The position numbers were made by a program, and so were the translations under genes. A stretch of 64,000 bases of DNA from Bilabrum cf. latius (lineage: Eukaryota). Each line of letters opens with the position of its first letter. Position 1 is the stretch's first letter. The stretch covers positions 1-64,000 of the forward strand of contig OZ237762.1 of assembly GCA_965178125.1 (NCBI GenBank), given 5' to 3'. Positions 1 through 13,806 of the stretch are shown here, piece by piece. The notes under the pieces were generated by a model, which was not told the DNA's origin, made no database searches, and was given only the letters and a program-made list of their open reading frames with translations.

Positions 1-567
1 GGGAACATTTGCCCCACATTGTACCCCCAGGCCGTCCCGATGCAGTTTGAACGGTCTTCATATCTCATCTGGTTGCCGAGATCGTTGCGCGCATTTTTTC
101 TGCATGACAATCTTCGTCCAGCCATATTGTCGCCGCGCGGTCAAAACGGAACCTGGGGAACATTTGCCCCCTGTTTTGGTCCCCGGCCGTCCCAATGCAG
201 TATGAACGGTCTTCATATCTCATCTGGTTGCCGAGATCGCCGCGCGCATTTTTTCTGCCTGAAAATCTTCGTCCCCCCATACTGTCGCCGCGCGGTCAAA
301 ACGGAACCTGGGGAACATTTGCCCCCTGTTGTGGTCCCAGGCCGTCCCGATGCAGTATGAACGGTCTTCATATCTCATCTGGTTGCCGAGATCGCCGCGC
401 GCATTTTTTCTGCATGACAATCTTCGTCCCACCATATTATCGCCGCGCGGTCAAAACGGAACCTGGGGAACATTTGCCCCCAGTTGTGGTCCCCGGCCGT
501 CCCGATGCAGTATGAACGGTCTTCATATCTCATCTGGTTGCCGAGATCGCCGCGCGCATTTTTTCTG
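1..567. repeat. 155-bp tandem repeat array (further arrays at 3678-4555, 7089-8741 and 12095-13745)
   Basis: The monomer GGGAACATTTGCCCC...CATATCTCATCTGGTTGCCGAGATC...AAACGGAACCTG recurs every 155 bp; about 3.7, 5.7, 10.7 and 10.6 copies with shuffled SNP variants. Confidence 0.97.
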
Positions 568-2471
568 CGTATAGCTAGGGTTACGAAAGTGGCATATTTG
601 GGTGTTTAATGGTCCATATCTCAGTCGATACTGGTCGTTGATGGCTGCGGCTTCGTCATAGCCGGGTCACGACTGCTTTCGCGTCGGTTACTTTTCGAAC
701 TCGGAGTCGAATTTCACACCCCTTCCTGCCCTCACTGTGCCCTCGGACTGTATCATGGAGGTGCTCCAGACCCACAGGCATGTGCTGCGACGCAGTTTGA
801 CCACCAGCATGCATCACGGCGAATGGTAGAGCCGAACCAGTTTACCTGCTCCTATCTGATTCCGGATTGCAAGCGAACATGTGCCCGCGTCGTCTCGACT
901 AGTTCCGACTCCGGCCTATCTAACCCGCATCGTATAGCACGCACATCCTGTCTGTGGGCCGAGAAATCGGCGTTCTCCGTATAGCTAGGGTTACGAAAGT
1001 GGCATATTTGGGTGTTTAATGGTCCATATCTCAGCCGATACTGGTCGTTGATGGCTGCGGCTTCGTCATAGCCGGGTCACGACTGCTTTCGCGTCGGTTA
1101 CTTTTCGAACTCGGAGTCGAATTTCACACCCCTTCCTGCCCTCACTGTGCCCTCGGACTGTATCATGGAGGTGCTCCAGACCCACAGGCATGTGCTGCGA
1201 CGCAGTTTGGCCACCAGCATGCATCACGGCGAATGGTAGAGCCGAACCAGTTTACCTGCTCCTATCTGATTCCGGATTGCAAGCGAACATGTGCCCGCGT
1301 CGTCTCGACTAGTTCCGACTCCGGCCTATCTAACCCGCATCGTATAGCACGCACATCCTGTCTGTGGGCCGAGAAATCGGCGTTCTCCGTATAGCTAGGG
1401 TTACGAAAGTGGCATATTTGGGTGTTTAATGGTCCATATCTCAGCCGATACTGGTCGTTGATGGCTGCGGCTTCGTCATAGCCGGGTCACGACTGCTTTC
1501 GCGTCGGTTACTTTTCGAACTCGGAGTCGAATTTCACACCCCTTCCTGCCCTCACTGTGCCCTCGGACTGTATCATGGAGGTGCTCCAGACCCACAGGCA
1601 TGTGCTGCGACGCAGTTTGGCCACCAGCATGCATCACGGCGAATGGTAGAGCCGAACCAGTTTACCTGCTCCTATCTGATTCCGGATTGCAAGCGAACAT
1701 GTGCCCGCGTCGTCTCGACTAGTTCCGACTCCGGCCTATCTAACCCGCATCGTATAGCACGCACATCCTGTCTGTGGGCCGAGAAATCGGCGTTCTCCGT
1801 ATAGCTAGGCTTACGAAAGTGGCATATTTGGGTGTTTAATGGTCCATATCTCAGCCGATACTGGTCGTTGATGGCTGCGGCTTCGTCATAGCCGGGTCAC
1901 GACTGCTTTCGCGTCGGTTACTTTTCGAACTCGGAGTCGAATTTCACACCCCTTCCTGCCCTCACTGTGCCCTCGGACTGTATCATGGAGGTGCTCCAGA
2001 CCCACAGGCATGTGCTGCGACGCAGTTTGGCCACCAGCATGCATCACGGCGAATGGTAGAGCCGAACCAGTTTACCTGCTCCTATCTGATTCCGGATTGC
2101 AAGCGAACATGTGCCCGCGTCGTCTCGACTAGTTCCGACTCCGGCCTATCTAACCCGCATCGTATAGCACGCACATCCTGTCTGTGGGCCGAGAAATCGG
2201 CGTTCTCCGTATAGCTAGGGTTACGAAAGTGGCATATTTGGGTGTTTAATGGTCCATATCTCAGCCGATACTGGTCGTTGATGGCTGCGGCTTCGTCATA
2301 GCCGGGTCACGACTGCTTTCGCGTCGGTTACTTTTCGAACTCGGAGTCGAATTTCACACCCCTTCCTGCCCTCACTGTGCCCTCGGACTGTATCATGGAG
2401 GTGCTCCAGACCCACAGGCATGTGCTGCGACGCAGTTTGACCACCAGCATGCATCACGGCGAATGGTAGAG
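568..2471. repeat. 410-bp tandem repeat array (further arrays at 4556-6049 and 8742-11055)
   Basis: CGTATAGCTAGGGTTACGAAAG starts at 568, 978, 1388, 1798 and 2208. Copies are near-identical; about 4.6, 3.6 and 5.6 per array. Confidence 0.97.
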
Positions 2472-2769
2472 TCAGAGCCATGAAATCCATGTGTTCCAGG
2501 ATATGTGATCTCGGATTGCCGAAGTAGCCCGGCGTGGCATTTTTATAGAATGCATATTCAAACGCACTCATGCCGCATCTGGTTGCTGAGCTATCGGGAC
2601 TTGCGCAAATGTTTGGGCTAGCCCGAATCTTTGATCCATGTTTTCTCAGCCCGGAAATATGTCCAATGCCTTACACCTTCCACATGATGTCTACGCACCT
2701 CTGTTCCCTGGAATTACTCGGAGTTTCATAATTTTCAACCAAGTCTCACTCTTACCGGTCTGTGACATG

Positions 2770-3380
2770 CACCCTATTCCTAGCCTTGCCCCTTTGTGGG
2801 GGAGTTGCAAATTCGATTTGCTGATTCATGAGTTTGTATTATTGCACTGTATCATTTACGGTACTTGGTTTTCTGACATGATTAAAAAATCCACCCAATT
2901 TTCGGGGCCAACCTCCTCTCGCCGGTATATGACATACACCCTATTCCTAGCCTTGCCCCTTTGTGGGGGAGTTGCAAATTTGATTTGCTGATTCATGAGT
3001 TTGCATTATTGCACTGTATCATTTACGGTACTTGGTTTTCTGACATGATTAAAAAATCCACCCAATTTTCGGGGCCAACCTCCTCTCGCCGGTATATGAC
3101 ATACACCCTATTCCTAGCCTTGCCCCTCTGTGGGGGAGTTGCAAATTCGATTTGCTGATTCATGAGTTTGCATTATTGCACTGTATCATTTACGGTACTT
3201 GGTTTTCTGACATGATTAAAAAATCCACCCAATTTTCGGGGCCAACCTCCTCTCGCCGGTATATGACATACACCCTATTCCTAGCCTTGCCCCTCTGTGG
3301 GGGAGTTGCAAATTCGATTTGCTGATTCATGAGTTTGTATTATTGCACTGTATCATTTACGGTACTTGGTTTTCTGACAT
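2770..3380. repeat. 167-bp tandem repeat array (further arrays at 6348-6791 and 11354-11797)
   Basis: CACCCTATTCCTAGCCTTGCCCC recurs every 167 bp; about 3.6, 2.6 and 2.6 copies. Confidence 0.95.
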
Positions 3381-6300
3381 TAATGAAGATCGCCAGTCAC
3401 CCAGTCACTGTGGGCGTGGCGCCGACCAGATGAGCACTTACTTGTATTGCTCGATTGCTCGAGAGCTGTGTGCCAGCCATTCTCCAAACTTCGCACACAT
3501 GACACATGATGATGACTCAAAGTGCGAATGAACGGCTGAAATCAAGAAATCTCATTTACAGCTAATGAACGCCCCTTAGGAAAACCTCTTACCTAACCCG
3601 AACCCATGTACGTATGCAAACCCAACCATGTAGGTGTGCAAACCCCATACTTGCAATGCTTGATGTAATAGAATCACGGGGAACATTTGCCCCCAGTTGT
3701 GGTCCCCGGCCGTCCCGATGCAGTTTGAACGGTCTTCATATCTCATCTGGTTGCCGAGATCGCCGCGCGCATTTTTTCTGCCTGACAATCTTCGTCCAGC
3801 CATATTGTCGCCGCGCGGTATAAACGGAACCTGGGGAACATTTGCCCCCAGTTGTGGTCCCAGGCCGTCCCAATGCAGTATGAACGGTCTTCATATCTCA
3901 TCTGGTTGCCGAGATCGCCGCGCGCATTTTCTCTGCCTGAAAATCTTCATCCCCCCATACTGTCGCCGCGCGGTCAAAACGGAACCTGGGGAACATTTGC
4001 CCCCTGTTGTGGTCCCAGGCCGTCCCAATGCAGTTTGAACGGTCTTCATATCTCATCTGGTTGCCGAGATCGCCGCGCGCATTTTTTCTGCCTGAAAATC
4101 TTCGTCCCACCATATTGTCGCCGCGCGGTCAAAATGGAACCTGGGGAACATTTGCCCCCAGTTGTGGTCCCCGGCCGTCCCAATGCAGTATGAACGGTCT
4201 TCATATCTCATCTGGTTGCCGAGATCGCCGCGCGCATTTTTTCTGCCTGAAAATCTTCGTCCCCCCATACTGTCGCCGCGCGGTCAAAACGGAACCTGGG
4301 GAACATTTGCCCCCTGTTGTGGTCCCAGGCCGTCCCGATGCAGTATGAACGGTCTTCATATCTCATCTGGTTGCCGAGATCGTCGCGCGCATTTTTTCTG
4401 CATGACAATCTTCGTCCCACCATATTATCGCCGCGCGGTCAAAACGGAACCTGGGGAACATTTGCCCCCTGTTGTGGTCCCAGGCCGTCCCGATGCAGTT
4501 TGAACGGTCTTCATATCTCATCTGGTTGCCGAGATCGCCGCGCGCATTTTTTCTGCGTATAGCTAGGGTTACGAAAGTGGCATATTTGGGTGTTTAATGG
4601 TCCATATCTCAGCCGATACTGGTCGTTGATGGCTGCGGCTTCGTCATAGCCGGGTCACGACTGCTTTCGCGTCGGCTACTTTTCGAACTCGGAGTCGAAT
4701 TTCACACCCCTTCCTGCCCTCACTGTGCCCTCGGACTGTATCATGGAGGTGCTCCAGACCCACAGGCATGTGCTGCGACGCAGTTTGACCACCAGCATGC
4801 ATCACGGCGAATGGTAGAGCCGAACCAGTTTACCTGCTCCTATCTGATTCCGGATTGCAAGCGAACATGTGCCCGCGTCGTCTCGACTAGTTCCGACTCC
4901 GGCCTATCTAACCCGCATCGTATAGCACGCACATCCTGTCTGTGGGCCGAGAAATCGGCGTTCTCCGTATAGCTAGGGTTACGAAAGTGGCATATTTGGG
5001 TGTTTAATGGTCCATATCTCAGCCGATACTGGTCGTTGATGGCTGCGGCTTCGTCATAGCCGGGTCACGACTGCTTTCGCGTCGGTTACTTTTCGAACTC
5101 GGAGTCGAATTTCACACCCCTTCCTGCCCTCACTGTGCCCTCGGACTGTATCATGGAGGTGCTCCAGACCCACAGGCATGTGCTGCGACGCAGTTTGGCC
5201 ACCAGCATGCATCACGGCGAATGGTAGAGCCGAACCAGTTTACCTGCTCCTATCTGATTCCGGATTGCAAGCGAACATGTGCCCGCGTCGTCTCGACTAG
5301 TTCCGACTCCGGCCTATCTAACCCGCATCGTATAGCACGCACATCCTGTCTGTGGGCCGAGAAATCGGCGTTCTCCGTATAGCTAGGGTTACGAAAGTGG
5401 CATATTTGGGTGTTTAATGGTCCATATCTCAGCCGATACTGGTCGTTGATGGCTGCGGCTTCGTCATAGCCGGGTCACGACTGCTTTCGCGTCGATTACT
5501 TTTCGAACTCGGAGTCGAATTTCACACCCCTTCCTGCCCTCACTGTGCCCTCGGACTGTATCATGGAGGTGCTCCAGACCCACAGGCATGTGCTGCGACG
5601 CAGTTTGACCACCAGCATGCATCACGGCGAATGGTAGAGCCGAACCAGTTTACCTGCTCCTATCTGATTCCGGATTGCAAGCGAACATGTGCCCGCGTCG
5701 TCTCGACTAGTTCTGACTCCGGCCTATCTAACCCGCATCGTATAGCACGCACATCCTGTCTGTGGGCCGAGAAATCGGCGTTCTCCGTATAGCTAGGGTT
5801 ACGAAAGTGGCATATTTGGGTGTTTAATGGTCCATATCTCAGCCGATACTGGTCGTTGATGGCTGCGGCTTCGTCATAGCCGGGTCACGACTGCTTTCGC
5901 GTCGGTTACTTTTCGAACTCGGAGTCGAATTTCACACCCCTTCCTGCCCTCACTGTGCCCTCGGACTGTATCATGGAGGTGCTCCAGACCCACAGGCATG
6001 TGCTGCGACGCAGTTTGACCACCAGCATGCATCACGGCGAATGGTAGAGTCAGAGCCATGAAATCCATGTGTTCCAGGATATGTGATCTCGGATTGCCGA
6101 AGTAGCCCGGCGTGGCATTTTTATAGAATGCATATTCAAACGCACTCATGCCGCATCTGGTTGCTGAGCTATCGGGACTTGCGCAAATGTTTGGGCTAGC
6201 CCGAATCTTTGATCCATGTTTTCTCAGCCCGGAAATATGTCCAATGCCTTACACCTTCCACATGATGTCTACGCACCTCTGTTCCCTGGAATTACTCGGA

Positions 6301-9300
6301 GTTTCATAATTTTCAACCAAGTCTCACTCTTACCGGTCTGTGACATGCACCCTATTCCTAGCCTTGCCCCTTTGTGGGGGAGTTGCAAATTCGATTTGCT
6401 GATTCATGAGTTTGTATTATTGCACTGTATCATTTACGGTACTTGGTTTTCTGACATGATTAAAAAATCCACCCAATTTTCGGGGCCAACCTCCTCTCGC
6501 CGGTATATGACATACACCCTATTCCTAGCCTTGCCCCTTTGTGGGGGAGTTGCAAATTTGATTTGCTGATTCATGAGTTTGCATTATTGCACTGTATCAT
6601 TTACGGTACTTGGTTTTCTGACATGATTAAAAAATCCACCCAATTTTCGGGGCCAACCTCCTCTCGCCGGTATATGACATACACCCTATTCCTAGCCTTG
6701 CCCCTTTGTGGGGGAGTTGCAAATTCGATTTGCTGATTCATGAGTTTGCATTATTGCACTGTATCATTTACGGTACTTGGTTTTCTGACATTAATGAAGA
6801 TCGCCAGTCACCCAGTCACTGTGGGCGTGGCGCCGACCAGATGAGCACTTACTTGTATTGCTCGATTGCTCGAGAGCTGTGTGCCAGCCATTCTCCAAAC
6901 TTCGCACACATGACACATGATGATGACTCAAAGTGCGAATGAACGGCTGAAATCAAGAAATCTCATTTACAGCTAATGAACGCCCCTAAGGAAAACCTCT
7001 TACCTAACCCGAACCCATGTACGTATGCAAACCCAACCATGTAGGTGTGCAAACCCCATACTTGCAATGCTTGATGTAATAGAATCACGGGGAACATTTG
7101 CCCCCAGTTGTGGTCCCAGGCCGTCCCGATGCAGTTTGAACGGTCTTCATATCTCATCTGGTTGCCGAGATCGCCGCGCGCATTTTTTCTGCATGACAAT
7201 CTTCGTCCCACCATACTGTCGCCGCGCGGTATAAACGGAACCTGGGGAACATTTGCCCCCTGTTGTGGTCCCAGGCCGTCCCGATGCAGTTTGAACGGTC
7301 TTCATATCTCCTGTGGTTGCCGAGATCGCCGCGCGCATTTTTTCTGCCTGAAAATCTTCGTCCCCCCATACTGTCGCCGCGCGGTCAAAACGGAATCTGG
7401 GGAACATTTGCCCCACATTGTACCCCCAGGCCGTCCCGATGCAGTATGAACGGTCTTCATATCTCATCTGGTTGCCGAGATCGTCGCGCGCATTTTTTCT
7501 GCATGACAATCTTCGTCCAGCCATATTGTCGCCGCGCGGTATAAACGGAACCTGGGGAACATTTGCCCCCAGTTGTGGTCCCAGGCCGTCCCGATGCAGT
7601 TTGAACGGTCTTCATATCTCATCTGGTTGCCGAGATCGCCGCGCGCATTTTTTCTGCATGACAATCTTCGTCCAGCCATATTGTCGCCGCGCGGTATAAA
7701 CGGAACCTGGGGAACATTTGCCCCCAGTTGTGGTCCCAGGCCGTCCCGATGCAGTTTGAACGGTCTTCATATCTCCTGTGGTTGCCGAGATCGCCGCGCG
7801 CATTTTTTCTGCCTGAAAATCTTCGTCCCACCATACTGTCGCCGCGCGGTCAAAACGGAATCTGGGGAACATTTGCCCCACATTGTACCCCCAGGCCGTC
7901 CCGATGCAGTATGAACGGTCTTCATATCTCATCTGGTTGCCGAGATCGTCGCGCGCATTTTTTCTGCATGACAATCTTCGTCCAGCCATATTGTCGCCGC
8001 GCGGTATAAACGGAATCTGGGGAACATTTGCCCCCAGTTGTGGTCCCAGGCCGTCCCGATGCAGTTTGAACGGTCTTCATATCTCATCTGGTTGCCGAGA
8101 TCGCCGCGCGCATTTTTTCTGCATGACAATCTTCGTCCAGCCATATTGTCGCCGCGCGGTATAAACGGAACCTGGGGAACATTTGCCCCCTGTTGTGGTC
8201 CCAGGCCGTCCCGATGCAGTTTGAACGGTCTTCATATCTCATCTGGTTGCCGAGATCGTCGCGCGCATTTTTTCTGCATGACAATCTTCGTCCAGCCATA
8301 TTGTCGCCGCGCGGTATAAACGGAATCTGGGGAACATTTGCCCCACATTGTACCCCCAGGCCGTCCCGATGCAGTTTGAACGGTCTTCATATCTCATCTG
8401 GTTGCCGAGATCGTTGCGCGCATTTTTTCTGCATGACAATCTTCGTCCCCCCATACTGTCGCCGCGCGGTCAAAACGGAACCTGGGGAACATTTGCCCCC
8501 TGTTGTGGTCCCAGGCCGTCCCGATGCAGTATGAACGGTCTTCATATCTCATCTGGTTGCCGAGATCGCCGCGCGCATTTTTTCTGCATGACAATCTTCG
8601 TCCCACCATATTATCGCCGCGCGGTCAAAACGGAACCTGGGGAACATTTGCCCCCAGTTGTGGTCCCCGGCCGTCCCGATGCAGTATGAACGGTCTTCAT
8701 ATCTCATCTGGTTGCCGAGATCGCCGCGCGCATTTTTTCTGCGTATAGCTAGGGTTACGAAAGTGGCATATTTGGGTGTTTAATGGTCCATATCTCAGTC
8801 GATACTGGTCGTTGATGGCTGCGGCTTCGTCATAGCCGGGTCACGACTGCTTTCGCGTCGGTTACTTTTCGAACTCGGAGTCGAATTTCACACCCCTTCC
8901 TGCCCTCACTGTGCCCTCGGACTGTATCATGGAGGTGCTCCAGACCCACAGGCATGTGCTGCGACGCAGTTTGACCACCAGCATGCATCACGGCGAATGG
9001 TAGAGCCGAACCAGTTTACCTGCTCCTATCTGATTCCGGATTGCAAGCGAACATGTGCCCGCGTCGTCTCGACTAGTTCCGACTCCGGCCTATCTAACCC
9101 GCATCGTATAGCACGCACATCCTGTCTGTGGGCCGAGAAATCGGCGTTCTCCGTATAGCTAGGGTTACGAAAGTGGCATATTTGGGTGTTTAATGGTCCA
9201 TATCTCAGCCGATACTGGTCGTTGATGGCTGCGGCTTCGTCATAGCCGGGTCACGACTGCTTTCGCGTCGGTTACTTTTCGAACTCGGAGTCGAATTTCA

Positions 9301-12300
9301 CACCCCTTCCTGCCCTCACTGTGCCCTCGGACTGTATCATGGAGGTGCTCCAGACCCACAGGCATGTGCTGCGACGCAGTTTGACCACCAGCATGCATCA
9401 CGGCGAATGGTAGAGCCGAACCAGTTTACCTGCTCCTATCTGATTCCGGATTGCAAGCGAACATGTGCCCGCGTCGTCTCGACTAGTTCCGACTCCGGCC
9501 TATCTAACCCGCATCGTATAGCACGCACATCCTGTCTGTGGGCCGAGAAATCGGCGTTCTCCGTATAGCTAGGGTTACGAAAGTGGCATATTTGGGTGTT
9601 TAATGGTCCATATCTCAGCCGATACTGGTCGTTGATGGCTGCGGCTTCGTCATAGCCGGGTCACGACTGCTTTCGCGTCGGTTACTTTTCGAACTCGGAG
9701 TCGAATTTCACACCCCTTCCTGCCCTCACTGTGCCCTCGGACTGTATCATGGAGGTGCTCCAGACCCACAGGCATGTGCTGCGACGCAGTTTGGCCACCA
9801 GCATGCATCACGGCGAATGGTAGAGCCGAACCAGTTTACCTGCTCCTATCTGATTCCGGATTGCAAGCGAACATGTGCCCGCGTCGTCTCGACTAGTTCC
9901 GACTCCGGCCTATCTAACCCGCATCGTATAGCACGCACATCCTGTCTGTGGGCCGAGAAATCGGCGTTCTCCGTATAGCTAGGCTTACGAAAGTGGCATA
10001 TTTGGGTGTTTAATGGTCCATATCTCAGCCGATACTGGTCGTTGATGGCTGCGGCTTCGTCATAGCCGGGTCACGACTGCTTTCGCGTCGGTTACTTTTC
10101 GAACTCGGAGTCGAATTTCACACCCCTTCCTGCCCTCACTGTGCCCTCGGACTGTATCATGGAGGTGCTCCAGACCCACAGGCATGTGCTGCGACGCAGT
10201 TTGGCCACCAGCATGCATCACGGCGAATGGTAGAGCCGAACCAGTTTACCTGCTCCTATCTGATTCCGGATTGCAAGCGAACATGTGCCCGCGTCGTCTC
10301 GACTAGTTCCGACTCCGGCCTATCTAACCCGCATCGTATAGCACGCACATCCTGTCTGTGGGCCGAGAAATCGGCGTTCTCCGTATAGCTAGGGTTACGA
10401 AAGTGGCATATTTGGGTGTTTAATGGTCCATATCTCAGCCGATACTGGTCGTTGATGGCTGCGGCTTCGTCATAGCCGGGTCACGACTGCTTTCGCGTCG
10501 ATTACTTTTCGAACTCGGAGTCGAATTTCACACCCCTTCCTGCCCTCACTGTGCCCTCGGACTGTATCATGGAGGTGCTCCAGACCCACAGGCATGTGCT
10601 GCGACGCAGTTTGACCACCAGCATGCATCACGGCGAATGGTAGAGCCGAACCAGTTTACCTGCTCCTATCTGATTCCGGATTGCAAGCGAACATGTGCCC
10701 GCGTCGTCTCGACTAGTTCTGACTCCGGCCTATCTAACCCGCATCGTATAGCACGCACATCCTGTCTGTGGGCCGAGAAATCGGCGTTCTCCGTATAGCT
10801 AGGGTTACGAAAGTGGCATATTTGGGTGTTTAATGGTCCATATCTCAGCCGATACTGGTCGTTGATGGCTGCGGCTTCGTCATAGCCGGGTCACGACTGC
10901 TTTCGCGTCGGTTACTTTTCGAACTCGGAGTCGAATTTCACACCCCTTCCTGCCCTCACTGTGCCCTCGGACTGTATCATGGAGGTGCTCCAGACCCACA
11001 GGCATGTGCTGCGACGCAGTTTGACCACCAGCATGCATCACGGCGAATGGTAGAGTCAGAGCCATGAAATCCATGTGTTCCAGGATATGTGATCTCGGAT
11101 TGCCGAAGTAGCCCGGCGTGGCATTTTTATAGAATGCATATTCAAACGCACTCATGCCGCATCTGGTTGCTGAGCTATCGGGACTTGCGCAAATGTTTGG
11201 GCTAGCCCGAATCTTTGATCCATGTTTTCTCAGCCCGGAAATATGTCCAATGCCTTACACCTTCCACATGATGTCTACGCACCTCTGTTCCCTGGAATTA
11301 CTCGGAGTTTCATAATTTTCAACCAAGTCTCACTCTTACCGGTCTGTGACATGCACCCTATTCCTAGCCTTGCCCCTTTGTGGGGGAGTTGCAAATTCGA
11401 TTTGCTGATTCATGAGTTTGTATTATTGCACTGTATCATTTACGGTACTTGGTTTTCTGACATGATTAAAAAATCCACCCAATTTTCGGGGCCAACCTCC
11501 TCTCGCCGGTATATGACATACACCCTATTCCTAGCCTTGCCCCTTTGTGGGGGAGTTGCAAATTTGATTTGCTGATTCATGAGTTTGCATTATTGCACTG
11601 TATCATTTACGGTACTTGGTTTTCTGACATGATTAAAAAATCCACCCAATTTTCGGGGCCAACCTCCTCTCGCCGGTATATGACATACACCCTATTCCTA
11701 GCCTTGCCCCTTTGTGGGGGAGTTGCAAATTCGATTTGCTGATTCATGAGTTTGCATTATTGCACTGTATCATTTACGGTACTTGGTTTTCTGACATTAA
11801 TGAAGATCGCCAGTCACCCAGTCACTGTGGGCGTGGCGCCGACCAGATGAGCACTTACTTGTATTGCTCGATTGCTCGAGAGCTGTGTGCCAGCCATTCT
11901 CCAAACTTCGCACACATGACACATGATGATGACTCAAAGTGCGAATGAACGGCTGAAATCAAGAAATCTCATTTACAGCTAATGAACGCCCCTAAGGAAA
12001 ACCTCTTACCTAACCCGAACCCATGTACGTATGCAAACCCAACCATGTAGGTGTGCAAACCCCATACTTGCAATGCTTGATGTAATAGAATCACGGGGAA
12101 CATTTGCCCCCAGTTGTGGTCCCAGGCCGTCCCGATGCAGTTTGAACGGTCTTCATATCTCATCTGGTTGCCGAGATCGCCGCGCGCATTTTTTCTGCAT
12201 GACAATCTTCGTCCCACCATACTGTCGCCGCGCGGTATAAACGGAACCTGGGGAACATTTGCCCCCTGTTGTGGTCCCAGGCCGTCCCGATGCAGTTTGA

Positions 12301-13806
12301 ACGGTCTTCATATCTCCTGTGGTTGCCGAGATCGCCGCGCGCATTTTTTCTGCCTGAAAATCTTCGTCCCCCCATACTGTCGCCGCGCGGTCAAAACGGA
12401 ATCTGGGGAACATTTTCCCCACATTGTACCCCCAGGCCGTCCCGATGCAGTATGAACGGTCTTCATATCTCATCTGGTTGCCGAGATCGTCGCGCGCATT
12501 TTTTCTGCATGACAATCTTCGTCCAGCCATATTGTCGCCGCGCGGTATAAACGGAACCTGGGGAACATTTGCCCCCAGTTGTGGTCCCAGGCCGTCCCGA
12601 TGCAGTTTGAACGGTCTTCATATCTCATCTGGTTGCCGAGATCGCCGCGCGCATTTTTTCTGCATGACAATCTTCGTCCAGCCATATTGTCGCCGCGCGG
12701 TATAAACGGAACCTGGGGAACATTTGCCCCCAGTTGTGGTCCCAGGCCGTCCCGATGCAGTTTGAACGGTCTTCATATCTCATCTGGTTGCCGAGATCGT
12801 CGCGCGCATTTTTTCTGCATGACAATCTTCGTCCAGCCATATTGTCGCCGCGCGGTCAAAACGGAACCTGGGGAACATTTGCCCCACATTGTACCCCCAG
12901 GCCGTCCCGATGCAGTTTGAACGGTCTTCATATCTCATCTGGTTGCCGAGATCGTCGCGCGCATTTTTTCTGCATGACAATCTTCGTCCAGCCATATTGT
13001 CGCCGCGCGGTCAAAACGGAACCTGGGGAACATTTGCCCCCTGTTGTGGTCCCAGGCCGTCCCGATGCAGTTTGAACGGTCTTCATATCTCATCTGGTTG
13101 CCGAGATCGTCGCGCGCATTTTTTCTGCATGACAATCTTCGTCCAGCCATATTGTCGCCGCGCGGTCAAAACGGAACCTGGGGAACATTTGCCCCACATT
13201 GTACCCCCAGGCCGTCCCGATGCAGTTTGAACGGTCTTCATATCTCATCTGGTTGCCGAGATCGTCGCGCGCATTTTTTCTGCATGACAATCTTCGTCCA
13301 GCCATATTGTCGCCGCGCGGTCAAAACGGAACCTGGGGAACATTTGCCCCCTGTTGTGGTCCCAGGCCGTCCCGATGCAGTTTGAACGGTCTTCATATCT
13401 CATCTGGTTGCCGAGATCGTCGCGCGCATTTTTTCTGCATGACAATCTTCGTCCAGCCATATTGTCGCCGCGCGGTCAAAACGGAACCTGGGGAACATTT
13501 GCCCCACATTGTACCCCCAGGCCGTCCCGATGCAGTTTGAACGGTCTTCATATCTCATCTGGTTGCCGAGATCGTCGCGCGCATTTTTTCTGCATGACAA
13601 TCTTCGTCCAGCCATATTGTCGCCGCGCGGTATAAACGGAACCTGGGGAACATTTGCCCAACATTGTACCCCCAGGCCGTCCCGATGCAGTTTGAACGGT
13701 CCTCATATCTCATCTGGTTGCCGAGATCGTCGCGCGCATTTTTTCGACAAAAAGTGAAGATGAAAATTTTTTTTCCCCGACCCTGTCCCTGACTTTATAT
13801 TAGATA

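Larger units (their letters stand above)
1..13745. repeat. Higher-order satellite: [155-bp array][410-bp array][unique U1][167-bp array][unique U2], repeated 3 times, followed by a final 155-bp array
   Basis: Identical unique segments recur at offsets of 3578 and 5006 bp (e.g. the same spurious ORF at 2296, 5874 and 10880). The offsets differ because monomer copy numbers vary. Confidence 0.97.

Noticed and set aside
1-13745. CRISPR-like array
   Set aside because: The monomers are wholly repeated with no unique spacers, there are no cas genes, and the context is eukaryotic.
1-13757. Dozens of 65-125 aa ORFs in the satellite region
   Set aside because: They recur with the 155/410/167-bp periods (none a multiple of 3), shift frame in each copy and show no protein motifs; they are by-products of the repeats.
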